Shown: positions 47,101-59,870, counted from the first letter of the stretch. The stretch: 64,000 bases of DNA from Zygnema circumcarinatum SAG 698-1b (GCA_037447605.1 CM074809.1:858689-922688), one strand, 5' to 3'. Notes: generated from the letters alone by a model not told the origin. Numbers and translations are program-made.

Positions 47101-50100
47101 TCACGCCTACAGGTGCAGTTTTCTCAAAACCTGCAAATTCATCGTTCTTGCCATCCTTATATTCTTTTGGGCATCCCAAACATACCTCCACAAGCTGTCT
47201 GTTTTAATGCCGTCCCACCTTCCAAGTCGATCCATACATCACATCCAAGTGTGGCCAATGCGAGGGTGACAGGTGGCGCAGCAACCAGCAATGCAGTGTC
47301 TGCCTCTTGTCATGGAGCCGGAGTCCCGGCTGTATACGAGTCCAGTGGTGGTTCTCGATTTCCAATCGCTTTATCCCTCCATGATTATCGCATACAATCT
47401 CTGCTTTTCCACATGTCTGGGACGCATCACTCGTGCAAATCCAAAAAGGATGGGAGTGATGGAGCTCTACTCTCTGCAGGCAGGTGTCCTTGCAGCTCTC
47501 AAGGACTGCCTTCACCTCTTACCAAACGGAGTGATGTATGCTCCACCAGAGGTAGGCCATGGCTGCCCTTTTCCTCTCTCTCTGTGGGGCTAAACATGCG
47601 GAGAACCTAGCAGTACCATAAACACATTACTCTTCAATGATGCATGGAAACCCTGAAGGCTGATTTTAGTGTCAGTCATAGCATGGGGTACTAGCTCGGA
47701 GGTGGAGGTGGAGGTGGAAATGCTGGAGGTGGAGGTAGAAAGTGGGGAATAGACATTCAATGAAGAAAAAAAGAAGGGAGCGGAGGAAAAATATAGACAA
47801 ATTTGTGCTCATGTTCATCGCCTCGCTTTCGATGCGACACCATCTGGGGTGCAGTATGCTCTTTCTCCGGAGGCTGTGCATTGATGGTGAATGGAGGGGT
47901 ACATTCAAGATGGCTGGTGGGTTTAAGAATGTCAGTCACCCCTTAGTCTCTTTTGATGGAGCAGGTGCGTCCCGGAGTACTGCCACGCCTCCTGCAGGAG
48001 ATCCTAACAACACGCATTATGGTGAAGGCAGCCATGAAAAAGCTTCAGCCCTCGCAGAAGGTTCTTCAGCGGGTAAAATCACCCTTACAGAAGTTTAAGA
48101 AACGCTACAAATGCAAAATTTTCTGGATTTCCTCCTGCCACTGTCATTTACGTTGACATTGACATTTAGTCGTTTGGGCATGCCGCTTTTTGCCATGTGG
48201 CAGGTGCTGAATGCTCGGCAATTTGCTCTCAAACTGATCGCCAATGTCACATATGGATACACTGCAGCAGGGTTCAGTGGGAGAATGCCATGTGCTGAGT
48301 TAGCAGATTCCATAGTGCAGGCCGGAAGGGCGACTCTGGAGAGGGCAATAGCGTGTGTGAATGCGAGTGAAAAATGGAATGCCAAAGTGGTTTATGGAGA
48401 CACAGACAGGTAAAGAAAGTGAAGAGCTCTTTATAGGTGTACGTCGAATGTGATAGCTGTACTGCATTTCGTTTTTGGCTGCTGCTCCGCATTTGAATCT
48501 GAATCGTAGGTCTTTTGTATTTGTAAGTGAAGTAAAACCAGGTTGGCCATGTTTTCCATCATCAGCACACAGTTAAATGTGCTTGCTTGACCGGCATTTG
48601 TTTGTTAATAATAGAAGAACTGCCTCCCTGTCCTGTGCTTTGCAAAGCAATACATCGGAACCACTACACCGGAAAAGTCTTGACTTTCCTTATGTTCCAA
48701 ATTAGTGAGAAATGGAATGTGACGATCAATTCAAGGATAAGGATGAACCCAAAGACCCAAGGGTATTGAAGAGTTTTTCAAGGCTGGTTGTTATGGGTGT
48801 GACAGCATGTTTGTGCTCCTTGAAGGAAGGACAAGGGAGGAAGCATTTCGTATTGGACAGGAAATAGCGGCTTGCGTGACGGCAGAGAACCCCCCTCCTG
48901 TAGTGTTGAAGATGGAGAAAGTCTATCATCCGTGTTTTCTTCTCATGAAGAAGAGATATGTGGGCTACAGCTATGAACACCCCCAGCAGAAGGAGCCAAC
49001 GTTTGATGCCAAGGGAATTGAGACTGTTCGGAGGGACAGTTGTCCAGCAGTCAGCAAAGCAATGGAGAAAACACTGAGGATCATTTTCGAGACAAGAGAT
49101 CTCTCGCAGGTAAGCGGGAGGAGGGGGGAAGAGAGAAATGGTGGGGAAGGGGAAGGAGGAGGATGGAGGAGGTCGGGAGGAGGTCGGGTGTAATCGAGAT
49201 GGCAGATGGGGAACATGAAATTGGGAAGAGAAGCTGAGTATGTGGGGGATGGAGGGAGGAGAGGGAGAGGAGAGGAAAAAAGCTGAAGAATTCAAAAGTG
49301 GGGAAAATAGGAAGATTATCGGGAAAGGAGTGGGAAGGAAATAGATATTAGGTTCAGTGGAAAGCAAAGGGAGTTGGTGAAAGAATGGTTATACGAGGTG
49401 AAGATGGAGAGATGTTATTGTAGATTTTGCTGGCTTTATGGAACTCGGTGGATCCATGAAAAATAAAATTCAGTAGATGTGTGTGTTCTAATGACCAAGA
49501 CAATTTTCTTTGCTAAATTTTGAACCCTCATCTCCTTCGCCTTTCTCTGACTGTGCAGGTGAAGGCTTATTTGCAGCGCCAATGTGGGCGCATTCTGAGT
49601 GGAAGGGTGTCAATTCGAGATTTCATTTTTGCAAAAGAAGTTCGGCTCGGCTCTTATAGCACACGCTCTGCTGTTCTCCCTCCCGCTGCCATTGTCGCAT
49701 CCAAAGCCATGGACTCCGATCCTCGAGCAGAACCCCGCTACGGAGAGCGCGTTCCATATGTGGTGGTGTACGGTGAGCCAGGTGCGGATAACACCTCTCT
49801 CTCTCTCTCTCTCTCCGCCTTCTCTCTCCCCCTCTCCCCATGAAAAGGGGAAGCTAGTGCTTCCATTTGTTGTGTGGAGACGTTTTTGCAGAGGCGTGTA
49901 TAGTCAGCTATACGCTGAACGCTTAAAGCGCCAAGTCGAGCGACTGAAATGAGTTGTCCACGGTCTCAATCATGTGAAAGGGCGATGTATCTAGGTCTAT
50001 GCAGAACAGTATCCCCTCCCTCCGTCCCTCCCTACCTCCCTCCCTTCCTCACCTCTCTTTGTGCTTTTGATTGTTGATATCGCTGTTCCCGCAGGAGCTC

Positions 50101-51099
50101 GCTTAGTGGACCTTGTTGTCGATCCTCACGTGCTGGTTGATAACTCTCCAATTCTTCGACTTCATGGCACGTACTACATCAATAAACAAATCATTCCTGC
50201 TTTGCAAAGAGTGTTCGGACTCGTTGGAGCCGACTTAAAATCGTGGCTAGCAGAAATGCCGCGAATCTACCGCTCTGTGCCAGTGAAGCGTCCGTCTGCT
50301 CTGCTCTTGCAGCCAAACCTGAAGGAAAAAAAGGCGAGTGTTTGGAAAGGCGGGGAGAATAGTAAGCATGAAGGATTCATGGGTACTGATGGACAGCATT
50401 TTCCTGTCGATAATAATCCGGGGTCGAAGAAGGCAAGAGTAGGAGGTCGGGCCTCCGGCTTTGTGAAGGGGCTGTATTTTGGAGCTTCCAATGGCGCAAG
50501 CCATGGTGGAGGAACCATAGATCAGTACTACTTGTCGCAACATTGTGCTGTCTGTGGAGGGATGATGCGAGCAATGCAGACATTATGTGGGAGATGTCAC
50601 GCGGAGCCCCAGATGTCAGCCACAGTACTTACACAGAATGCAAGAAAGTTGGAGAGGGAACTCAGCCATTTGGTATCGGTGAGGATGCTGACAGCTATGC
50701 TTATGAAGGACTCTTTGCAAGTTGAGAGAAATGAGAGAATATTGAAAAGGAGCTTGCTTGACCGACGTTTTGCTGGCTTTTCTTTGATTGGTTTCAGTGG
50801 GAGGGGAAGGTGCAAGCGTGGCTTCATGGATGCATGTATGGGAAGGTTTGGATGTGTGGGATCGTTTTTCTGTTCCTTTCTGCCACTCTCAAAAATATGC
50901 TGAGCATGGTGGCTTTCTGTGGCTTGTGCTCCAGATCTGTAGGCATTGCGGAGGAGACGATGGCATGCCCGGAGGAGTCATAGCGTGCACTTCATTGGAC
51001 TGTCCTGTCTTTTTTGAGCGAAGAAAAGTTCAAAGTGAGGCACGCAGTGCATGTTTTTTGGCGGCAGGGATGGGCTTCTATCCGGAGCCCTTGTATTAA
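38109..51099 (+). CDS. REV3: DNA polymerase zeta catalytic subunit (family B, translesion synthesis)
   Basis: Multi-exon gene. N-terminal [21 protein letters not shown] and [12 protein letters not shown]; exonuclease-like [18 protein letters not shown]; polymerase motifs [42 protein letters not shown]; C-terminal CysA (CAVC...CGRC) and CysB (CRHC...CTSLDC); stop at 51097-51099. Confidence 0.95.
39712..39808 (+). other. U12-type (minor spliceosome) GT-AG intron in REV3
   Basis: Donor GTATCCTT 39712-39719; branch TTTCCTTGAC 39791-39800; AG at 39807-39808; no polypyrimidine tract. Splicing restores KLVL|[10 protein letters not shown]. Confidence 0.85.
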
Positions 51100-51710
51100 C
51101 TGGTAGCTGAACTTCCTGACGGACACAATTAATTGGGATTATTAAAGCCTTAAGTCTGTCCTTTCAGTCACTTAAACCTTTGCTTTACAGAATAGGTGTT
51201 ACTTTCCAATTTCTTTAGTTGCTTCTTTTGCAGTGTTCAACACTGTTGTGCATGTTTCTTACAGTAGAGTTGGTGAACGCTTTTAGAGTATAGTGGCATC
51301 ATCTTTCCCAATATTTCAGGGCTTTTATTCTTTCAAGCCCTATAGGGCCGTGAATAGTAAAGATAAGTGGGGCATAGGGATGAAATAGAGGCTACATAGA
51401 GTGTAGCCTTTCCGAATAGGAACGTAAGATGAGTCAACGTATGTGTACAGATTGTAAATACCGAAGTAGGAGAAAAGGTTATTTCTGAACTCAACGGAAT
51501 GTAATTCATGGAACATGCTCATGCTTGCTGAATGCTTTTCGTTTCTAAAGCCGTGTACAGGGGTTTATAGGCCCATGGGATAATTTCGTTTTTGGCATTG
51601 CTGTTATGACAGTTGCTTGTGGGCCCTTGTCGTATGAGTAACCATTCAACTCCACTTCAAGCCCTAACCCTAACTCTAAACTCTTCTACTTCGCTCTCTC
51701 CACAGGCAGT

Positions 51711-53748
51711 TTAGCTGCCACCGCTGCTGTAAATCTTCTGCCACATGTCGACAAGCCACTTCACTTCTGGCCTGCCAAGATTTTCCTTTGTGGGGTCAAA
51801 TCGCCAGGGTTTCGCCCCAGAGACCGAATAGTGCACCACACTCACCCTGTCAAGCTGCACCTTTCCATGGTGATGCCAAAGGAGAGGGAGAACGAAGTTG
51901 TACTCATTCGGGAGACAGACAAAACACTCCGCAAGCACATCATTGAGCAGGTCTTGCTCGGCCAATGGGGTGGGCGGACTGACTGCCAAGGCGTCCATAA
52001 TGCGCTTGAAGACCTTCCTACAGGGCTCAGCGACAATCATTCCCATATTGAAATAACGAGGGGGTTGAGGGCCTGCCCCAGGCCACGGCCTCTTCAACGG
52101 GTCTATCTGACAGAAGCCGTCCCTGTAACACAAAATACAATGCGCTTTAAGACACAGAATGCCATCTGGGAGCTTCCAAGCCTTTTTGAGGTTTCCGAGC
52201 CCTAAAAGCTGACCTTCGGCGCCATATTGGATGACTCCAGCCTTCGCAGAAGCAGTCCAGGGCGGCTCCTATTGCCCCCTCTGGCAGGGCCCAAAAGAGG
52301 TGGTCTATGTTTCGCAGGAGGAGCATGTCGGCATCAAGGTAGATGATGCGGTCATAGTCGACCATCTCCCAGATGCGCAGCTTGGTGTACATCAGTTTGT
52401 AGTACTCCACGGGGAAATCCTCGTCTTTAGCACCCTGTGGAGACATGCATCCTGCAAATGTTTCAGAGAAACTGATTTGGTTTCCGTAGGTCATAGACCC
52501 TTGTGCTTGGCAGTTACATTTCTAAATGACGCCAAAAAGTGTCCCCGAAAGGAATAATGTAATAGAAATCTTTTTTTCTTCCTTTCTAACCAAATAGTGA
52601 GCCCGAGATGAGAGTGGGATTGCCTTTGGAGGCAGAATTGCCTCAATCTCCTGAACCCCGCAGCCGTGCCTTCTCAGAATGTTCCGATGCTCCTCGGGAC
52701 ACTCGGCGCCGACTGCCGCCATAAGCCCATATTGCGACTTGACTGCTTTCAGGCTCTTAGCCAGACCGACCACTCCCTGCCACGGAAAGACGAGCCAAAA
52801 AAGGGAAATCAGCTTTCGTCTTTGAGCATACTCACGTTGTAAAAAGGGAAGGGCAGAAAAAGGTGCCGCTTTAGTTTTTGCAAATGAGCTTCTGAGAAGG
52901 AGGGGTATTCTTTGAAAGGGAGGTGCTTTAGGGCGGGAGAGTGCACCTTCCACCAATCAGATGTTCCGAGGAGAAGAGTCACATAGGTGAAGCGCTTTAT
53001 GGGGTTACCTGCACATAGCGAGCGGAGTTTGTTTCTGTTATCTGAACTGTCAAACATATCAAACACTATAGGCTGTTGTATGAGGAAAAGCAGTGCGTTA
53101 CTTATTCCACAGGGAGGCATGTCATCATTGACTCACTGATTTTTCTTTCTTGAACGCTTCTCTTCGGTTAATGGTTAAGTTTTTGCCTCGCATGCCGAGC
53201 AAGGTGATGTTTTGACTTGAATTCGAAAGAGCGTAATTTTCCCGTTTCCCACATTGAAAAATTGGATGTGCATTGCGGAGAGAATCTGAACTCGCCATTT
53301 TGGCTTGCAACTCCAGCCACTTTGGCTCCAAATGGAAAAGAAAAAGACTTCGCTCAATTCCTCCATTTTTCTTCCTTTTGGCCTTCGCTCATATATATTC
53401 CGAAACAATCTAAAGAGTTCAAACACCGCCAAAATCATTTAGGTGGCCTTTTTTTTCTAGCTGCATTAAATCTCTACCATCATACCAAGCGACACCAATG
53501 GCAAATCTGTCAAAAATCTGTCCAAACTAACCTGAAGCTGAAGAAGCTCCGAAGCCCCGCCTGCCGTTCTGACAGGAAGGGCGCATAGTTCCACAGCCAT
53601 GCCCGGGAGATACTCCCTCTCCCTCTCCCTCCTTCTCTCCCACAAGGGCCGTAGAACTGGGAGAGAGCACTACCATCTCTCGTCCATTTAGGGCCTCTCT
53701 CAACCTCAAACTCTCACTAGAAACGAAAGCTGCGGAAGCCATGGCCAT
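51711..53748 (-). CDS. GolS: Galactinol synthase-like glycosyltransferase family 8 protein
   Basis: Exons 53748-53532 (start uncertain), 53065-52947, 52776-52624 (GC donor) or 52776-52591 (GT donor), 52434-52214, 52122-51711. GolS-type motifs YVTLL.G..DW.KGVVGLAK, PEEHR.IL, Y.KLRIW, IYLDAD, DCFCE.WSH, YFN.GM, PPTP.AEQD.LN, VHY...G.KPW. Confidence 0.8.
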
Positions 53749-54026
53749 GTCCGCCGCACTTAGCCATGGCATGTCGAGGCTGCCGAACTCTGCCGGGACC
53801 GCCAAGACACGTGGAAGCAGCATTGAAAGTGCACGGGATTGAGATAGGGAAATGGATGTAAAAAAGGAGAGGAAGGCACAGAGAGAGGGGGCGAAAGAGA
53901 GCGTGCACGCGGCATGAGGAGAGGACGAGAGGAGCATAGTGAGCCCCCAGTAACGAGGGAATCAAGCAGGCAAATCCCTCCACGCGGCGCCATGGCTTCA
54001 TGCTGGCGGCGGAGGCTCCCCTGCTT

Positions 54027-54246
54027 CCACGTGGTGGCCTGCATGGCGCGGCCCTCCGCCATGGCGGCCTACAGAGCTGCTCCCTCCTCCAAAGAAACAT
54101 GACGTCATATGCTGTATGATGGTGATGTCATTTGAAGCATAGAATAGGCTATACCGTATATTATAAGTGTCACTGTTTCACGGTCAACTATAACTGAGGC
54201 TCTATACTAGTTCCATGAAACTGTGCGATTCCTATGATGACGTGGC
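54027..54246. promoter_or_regulatory. ACGT-core (G-box/ABRE/C-box) cluster between the GolS-like gene and the divergent orphan ORF
   Basis: CCACGTGG 54027-54034, TGACGTCA 54100-54107, TGACGTGGC 54238-54246. Motif match only. Confidence 0.4.
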
Positions 54247-54619
54247 AGAACCGCCTGCGAGAGTGGCACGGGCAATACCGCGCGTTGATTGGACAGCATT
54301 TGCGCCGCAGACCACCGACCTTTGGAACCGACCTACGACACCGACCTACGGCGCCGCTTCCGATCCGCCGCTACTCCGCCTCTGAAAGGCGCAGGGCCGC
54401 CATGGCTGAGGGCTCTTAGTCCCAGCGCTTCCTATCCGACACTCAGCCCAGCCCTCCCCCCACCGGGAGACTACCACTACTTCCATTCTCTCTCTCTCCC
54501 CCCCTCTCTCTCTTTCTTTCTCTCTCTTTCTCTCTCGCTCTCTCTCTCCCTTTCGCTCGCTCTCCTTACGCCCCACCTCTCGCCCTCAATCTCCATCCCT
54601 TCCTCTCCCTCCTACTTCC

Positions 54620-55309
54620 ATGGGTGAAGATATTCAGAATCCCTCGCCTCCATCCCCATCAAAGGCCGCAGCCGCCTCCCCGGAGGCCTCCTTTCGGCAG
54701 ATGCCCTTGGAATCGGGGCGTCCGCAGACGCCACGTGGCAGCAGCGGCAGCGCCATGGAGCCGAGCTCCCCCAACGCTCGCCCTCTCTGGGCTGCCACGT
54801 CATCTGCCTCCACCTTCCAGACCGCCTCCATGTACTACCAGCCCCTCCATGGCGGGCCGTACGGAACCCCCACCCTACTCCCCAGCGGAGAAGTGGCGGA
54901 GCCCGGCGAATTGGAAGACTTCGATGCGCCTCCCCCTGAGCTGAAATTGAGCCACGCGTCAGCTGGTAGTTGGGTCGCGAATTTTCCCTCCAATGGGGTG
55001 GAGGAGGAGGAGATGAAGACGCGGCCGGTAGCAGCAGCGACAGAAGCAGCCATGGCGGAGGAAGCTTCGGGGAAGGAGAAGGGGACATGGGCGCCCTACT
55101 TTGTGGGGTGGGAGGACGTGACGACTTGCTTTTGGCCGTACGGAGGCATCCTCTTCCGCCATTGTGTGGGAGCTAAAGCTGGAAGGTCGGCTTGTAAGTA
55201 TGAGGGAGGGGCTGCCAAGGGGGACATGAAGCCTCAAATTGAACTGGAGGGGGGGAAGCCCACGGCCCCCCCTGCAATCGCTCAATTGGAGGCAACTGCG
55301 GTGCCGTAA
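54620..55309 (+). CDS. Hypothetical intronless protein (229 aa), no recognised domain
   Basis: ATG downstream of a CT-rich tract (54480-54615); GC-rich non-repetitive ORF with a Trp/Cys patch WAPYFVGWEDVTTCFWPYGGILFRHC. Confidence 0.5.
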   Translation: MGEDIQNPSPPSPSKAAAASPEASFRQMPLESGRPQTPRGSSGSAMEPSSPNARPLWAATSSASTFQTASMYYQPLHGGPYGTPTLLPSGEVAEPGELEDFDAPPPELKLSHASAGSWVANFPSNGVEEEEMKTRPVAAATEAAMAEEASGKEKGTWAPYFVGWEDVTTCFWPYGGILFRHCVGAKAGRSACKYEGGAAKGDMKPQIELEGGKPTAPPAIAQLEATAVP

Positions 55310-56610
55310 TTGAACGGAGAAGGAGCGAGTTGGGTGGGGAGTGGGAGAGGGAGAGGGAGAGGAGGAGAGAGGAGAGCAGGCGGGAAGTGGAAGAAGAAGA
55401 AGAGGTGGACATTGCAGTAATCGGTGGTAGTTTGTTGAAGAATGGAGAAGGTTGAGGCATTTAGAAGTTAGATGTTATTATCAGAAGGTGGAAAACTCTT
55501 GCTTTCAAGAGTTCGCTGAGGCTTCAATATTTGTGTGAAGGAAAGCATGCGGACAAGAGAGAGTGGGACGTCTTCGGAAGCACGCGCTTTCACTTTACTT
55601 AGAGATTGTAGGATATAGGTTTTCAAAGGTACATTGTTAGCTGCTGCAATGGCCAGAATCTCATGCATAGTTGGATGGCCGCTAGCCGCGTGTGAAAAGT
55701 CTCGGTCAAAGACTGACTTCATAGACACAGTTTGTTGTATATTGGGACGCAACTCGATTGCGAACTTCGCCTATTTTGGTTTATAAAATGTTAACTCTTT
55801 TAAAGCAAACATTGTTTGCACTTGTGGAATGTGCATGCACTTGCTCCCGTTGGGACCCTTTCAAGCGACTCGATATCTACCCTCGTCCGTAATGAATGCT
55901 CAAAACTATCGAAACTTTTCGGACATTGTTGTGTATGGAGTGAAAAGAAGCATGCCAAACATATCCACATGCATTTACCGAAGCTTTCCTCTTGATACCT
56001 CGTAGAAATTCGTGATGAATTTGAACGAGAGTACTCCAATTTTAGCTCGTAATCATTGAACGTGTGCCAATGTCCAAGGAAGCTGTGTTTAGACAGCAGC
56101 CACCAAATGAAGGCGAGATGGCCATGAAAGCTTACAAGTAGCTCTAGTGCTCTTGCCACAAACTCATCGCGCCTTCAAGTCTGAATCATCGCGTGTTGTG
56201 GAACATGGTCCATGTTGACCCGTGCATTGGGCCTAAAACTTTCTGCTTCAGCTCTCTACTTGTCTCTGTGCTAGTCCCAGTTACAGTTTAGTTTTCCCTA
56301 ACGTGTACTTCCCCAAATGGAACCGTCCAGTTTCAGTTCCGACAGAAACCCTGTTCCGTGTCGAACCCGTAATCCATAACGCCGCCTGAATTTCCCTCTG
56401 CATAGAACAGCGAATCCAGCCATAGAATTGGCGGCGTGAGGAGATCGGACGGCTGGGAGGGCGCGCGGTGTCCATCGGACGGCTGGGAGACGGAAAGGGC
56501 GACCGGGCCCGCCCTCATAGACGGCGCGCGGCCCCTCTCGGGCTCTCTCTCCGCCCCGCCACTCCCCGCGCCAAGGAGCCGCAGGGCCGCTTTTAGGGTT
56601 CCGCTACGCT

Positions 56611-58462
56611 ATGGCTGTCAGCGAGCTTGCCTGCACCTACGCAGCCCTCATTCTCTACGATGACAGCATCCCCATCACTGTGGGTATCTCGCTCTGCGGC
56701 TTCTTTTCTTTTAGGGATGAAGTGGGTATTGCAGGATAAGGATTTGGATGATGGGGGATGGTATATTTTGACATGGGGATGAGTTTTTTCTTAAGAGATT
56801 GGGAGTGGGAGGATGGAGGAGGGGGTTTTAGTTGACGAGGGATAGGTGGGTTTTCGTGTTTTAGGGTTTCGGGCCTCGTAGGTTTTGGTCTGGTTTTTAG
56901 GGTGGAGTTTGAAAAACGAGGTCCTGTCACGTGGGTTTTCAGCTGCATTTTCAGCTGGTTGAATGCATGTCCTTGTTCGGAATCTGCTTGGTTTTGCGAC
57001 TTGATACCGCTGGAAGCGAGTATGGAATAGTGAGGTCCTGGCCACGGCTCGATGCGAGTACATATTGTGCTGGTGCTGAAGACCGTTCTAGGGCATCCTG
57101 CTGATAGATTTTTGTGTTTATTCGTCAAGTTCTGCACTGCCGGAGATTTAGGTTTTTCTCTCCTTATCTGCAACGCCTAAGGTTTTATAGCCCTACTGCT
57201 GTGGTTCTCTGTAGTGTGAATTTTGTTCTGAAGCACTACCACCCCTTCCCGCCTTCTCGAACGCAGGCAGAGAAGATCAGCACTTTGGTCAAGGCCGCAA
57301 ATGTCTCCATTGAGGCTTACTGGCCCGGCCTCTTCGCCAAGTTGTTTGAGAAGAGGAGTGTGGATGACCTCATCACCAACGTCGGTTCAGGTATCATGTC
57401 ATCTTTAACCTAAATTTGGCATGAAGAATTGACTTGAACCTGTTCACTATCAACGGATATGAGCTTTGACTTCAGTGCCACCTGCTAAGAAGGTGAACGA
57501 ACCGACGTCGATGGACTGGCCATTTCGTGCTCTTTGGTTCTCTCGATCATTTTAGAAATATGGTTGCCGGTCAGGTTCTTTCATCAGATATTTTTCTAGC
57601 ATGGAGTTACAGCATTCCAAATACTCAATGGGATTTAGCAGCCTGGACATTTTGAAAAATCTTATGAAAATTGTGAATTCATCAGCGACGACATGCCATC
57701 AAAGCGTTGTTCAACTCAATTAAAATGCTAATCGAGTTGAACCCAGCGGAGTAACCTTTCGTTATTCTGATTGGGCATATTGTGGCAGTTTGTTATTGCA
57801 AGCTGAAGACGCTAACACATGATGATTTCGTTGTGTGAAGGCCCAGTCACCCTTTTTTTTTGTTTAAATGTGAACAGGCGGTGGAGGTGGCGTCGCAGTC
57901 GCTGTGAGTGGTGGTGGAGCAGCAGCTGCAGGAGGAGCAGCGGCCGCCAAGGAGGAGGCGAAGGAGGAACCCAAGAAGGAGGTAACTTGAATTCTTCCAA
58001 TTCTGCTCTGCAAATGTTATGATTTGCTGTCGCTTGTCCATGTCCTCCTGTTTGTGGAGCAGTGAGCGACAGGAGAAGACGACTGCTCATCCTGTTCGGA
58101 TAGGTTAACAGATATGTGTTTGTTGGGTGACGTAAAAAAACCTTGACTGGACGGACACTTCGATTCTACAGGAGTCGCAGAGTATCCGTCAATCCAAGTA
58201 TTGTGTCGTAAATCAGGACGTCAAGTTGTCTCAACAGAATTGTAACTCATCAGTGCTTAGAAATAGGTCGAGCTTGTGTTCAGAACTGCAAGAGAATGTG
58301 CGAAGTCTTCTCTCAAGGTCATCTAACTCTCTTATGCTACTTGTCCTGAGACGTATTTCAAAGCATTATACCTTCTAAGTGGTTAAGTACATCTTTTTCA
58401 CCCGTTTGCAGGAGGAGAAGGAGGAGTCAGACGACGACATGGGTTTCTCCTTGTTCGACTAA
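56611..58462 (+). CDS. RPP1: 60S acidic ribosomal protein P1 (115 aa)
   Basis: Exons 56611-56679, 57267-57390, 57878-57981, 58412-58462. [18 protein letters not shown]...YWPGLFAK...Ala/Gly hinge...[13 protein letters not shown]. Telo-box-like TTTAGGGTT and GGGCC site-II motifs at the promoter and in intron 1. Confidence 0.97.
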
Positions 58463-59626
58463 ATGGAACGAGAAAAGGGGAACAGGGGTTCTTGCTATAT
58501 ACAGTGCCATGCAGAGCTGGCTGGTCAAGCGTTTTGCCGAAACAGTTCACAGCAGGGTTATTGCCTCTTCCGTCTGCGGCTTGAAGCTGGTCTGCAGCAT
58601 GTGCAAATTGTGCGCATCTTGTAATTCGAATGAAAAATTAAGCATTTCAGCTTCAAGGTACTTCTCATCGCTTAGCAGAGCCCCGATGTTGCCTCTGCTC
58701 GTTTGAGGCTGTCCTTGTTGCTGATTTTGCTACAACTGAAATTGACCACTGAAGAATGTCCCATGCCCCCCCCCCCCCTCCGCCCTCTGGAATTCGATTT
58801 CATCTGTTGGGTTTGCCACCTTCATTTGGCAACTGGGGCTGCTGTCTTTTGGCACGTTTGCGAGTGGTTTCCTGGGCTCGTGCTCGCCCAAGATCCTGAT
58901 GGGTCGCATTCATGTGTGCCCCATGGCTACGTCATCCAAACAGTATGCTTGAGATTGCTCAAGGGGAAGCATTAACAAAAAATCTAATGGGTGTACTGTT
59001 TACACAAAGCTTCATAAACTCCAGATGGGTTCCTCACGCTCTATGTCGAACATTGCACCCTTTTTTTTATAATTTACAAAGTTGAGAAAACCTGTTACAT
59101 TTGTGCCCCATCCCTCCCCTCCAAAAATTTTGCAAATGAGCAAAAGAGCATCGCATCCCAAAGCGCCCTAAAACTCGCCGTTGGCCGCACGCGCGGCCGT
59201 ACAAATCCAAGGTCCTCGAAGCCTGGAACAACGATTTACGCTGACCATAGAACGCTCACATGTAACGCTTCATGACGTCATCCTGGAATTGAACACGACA
59301 TAGATCCCCGTGATTGGGCGGAGAGCGGCCGCCCATTGGTCTGTTTTAAAATCTGACCAGAATCCGAGATATCCGAACCAATACATTATAATCCCTTTCG
59401 ATAAGGGATAAAATGTACCGATTCTTATACCGAAAGTCTCCTGGCTTACACGTCTGGTTATCGGATTTTCAGTGACCACTTTCACACGCGTGAGAATGAA
59501 CGCACATTGGCTGTCAGCTACAAAATTTGAATTTTTTGCTCGAAAACTGCCCGTTTGAACCGCCCGCCGACATGGCCCGCCGCCTCACCCTCCAAACCGC
59601 CCCTGCTTCCCCCCGACCTGTGCCCG

Positions 59627-59870
59627 ACCGGTCCTCCCTGCCCACTCCCTCCCTCGCGCTCCCTCTCCCTCTCCCTGTCCCCCTCCCGCTCTCTCCCTCC
59701 CTCTCTCTCTCTCCCTCCCCCCTCGCTCTCTCCGTCCCCCCCTCTCTCTCTCTCTCTTTTCTCTCTCTTTTCTCTCTCTCTCTCTCTCCCTCTCTCCCTC
59801 TCTCCCTCTCGCTCTCTCTCTCTTCTTTCTTTTCCCCTCTCTCTCTCTCTCTCTCTCTCGCTGGAGCCCT
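59627..59870 (+). repeat. (CT)n/(CCCTCT)n microsatellite upstream of the COV1-like gene
   Basis: Direct pyrimidine tandem array; source of the ERER/SLSL ORFs. Confidence 0.95.

Noticed and set aside
51661-51685. CCCTAA-like repeats after REV3
   Set aside because: Only 2-3 degenerate units; not an interstitial telomere array.
55468-56159. Two minus-strand ORFs of 94 and 119 aa between the orphan ORF and RPP1
   Set aside because: No recognisable motif and no consistent splice model; unresolved without homology searches.
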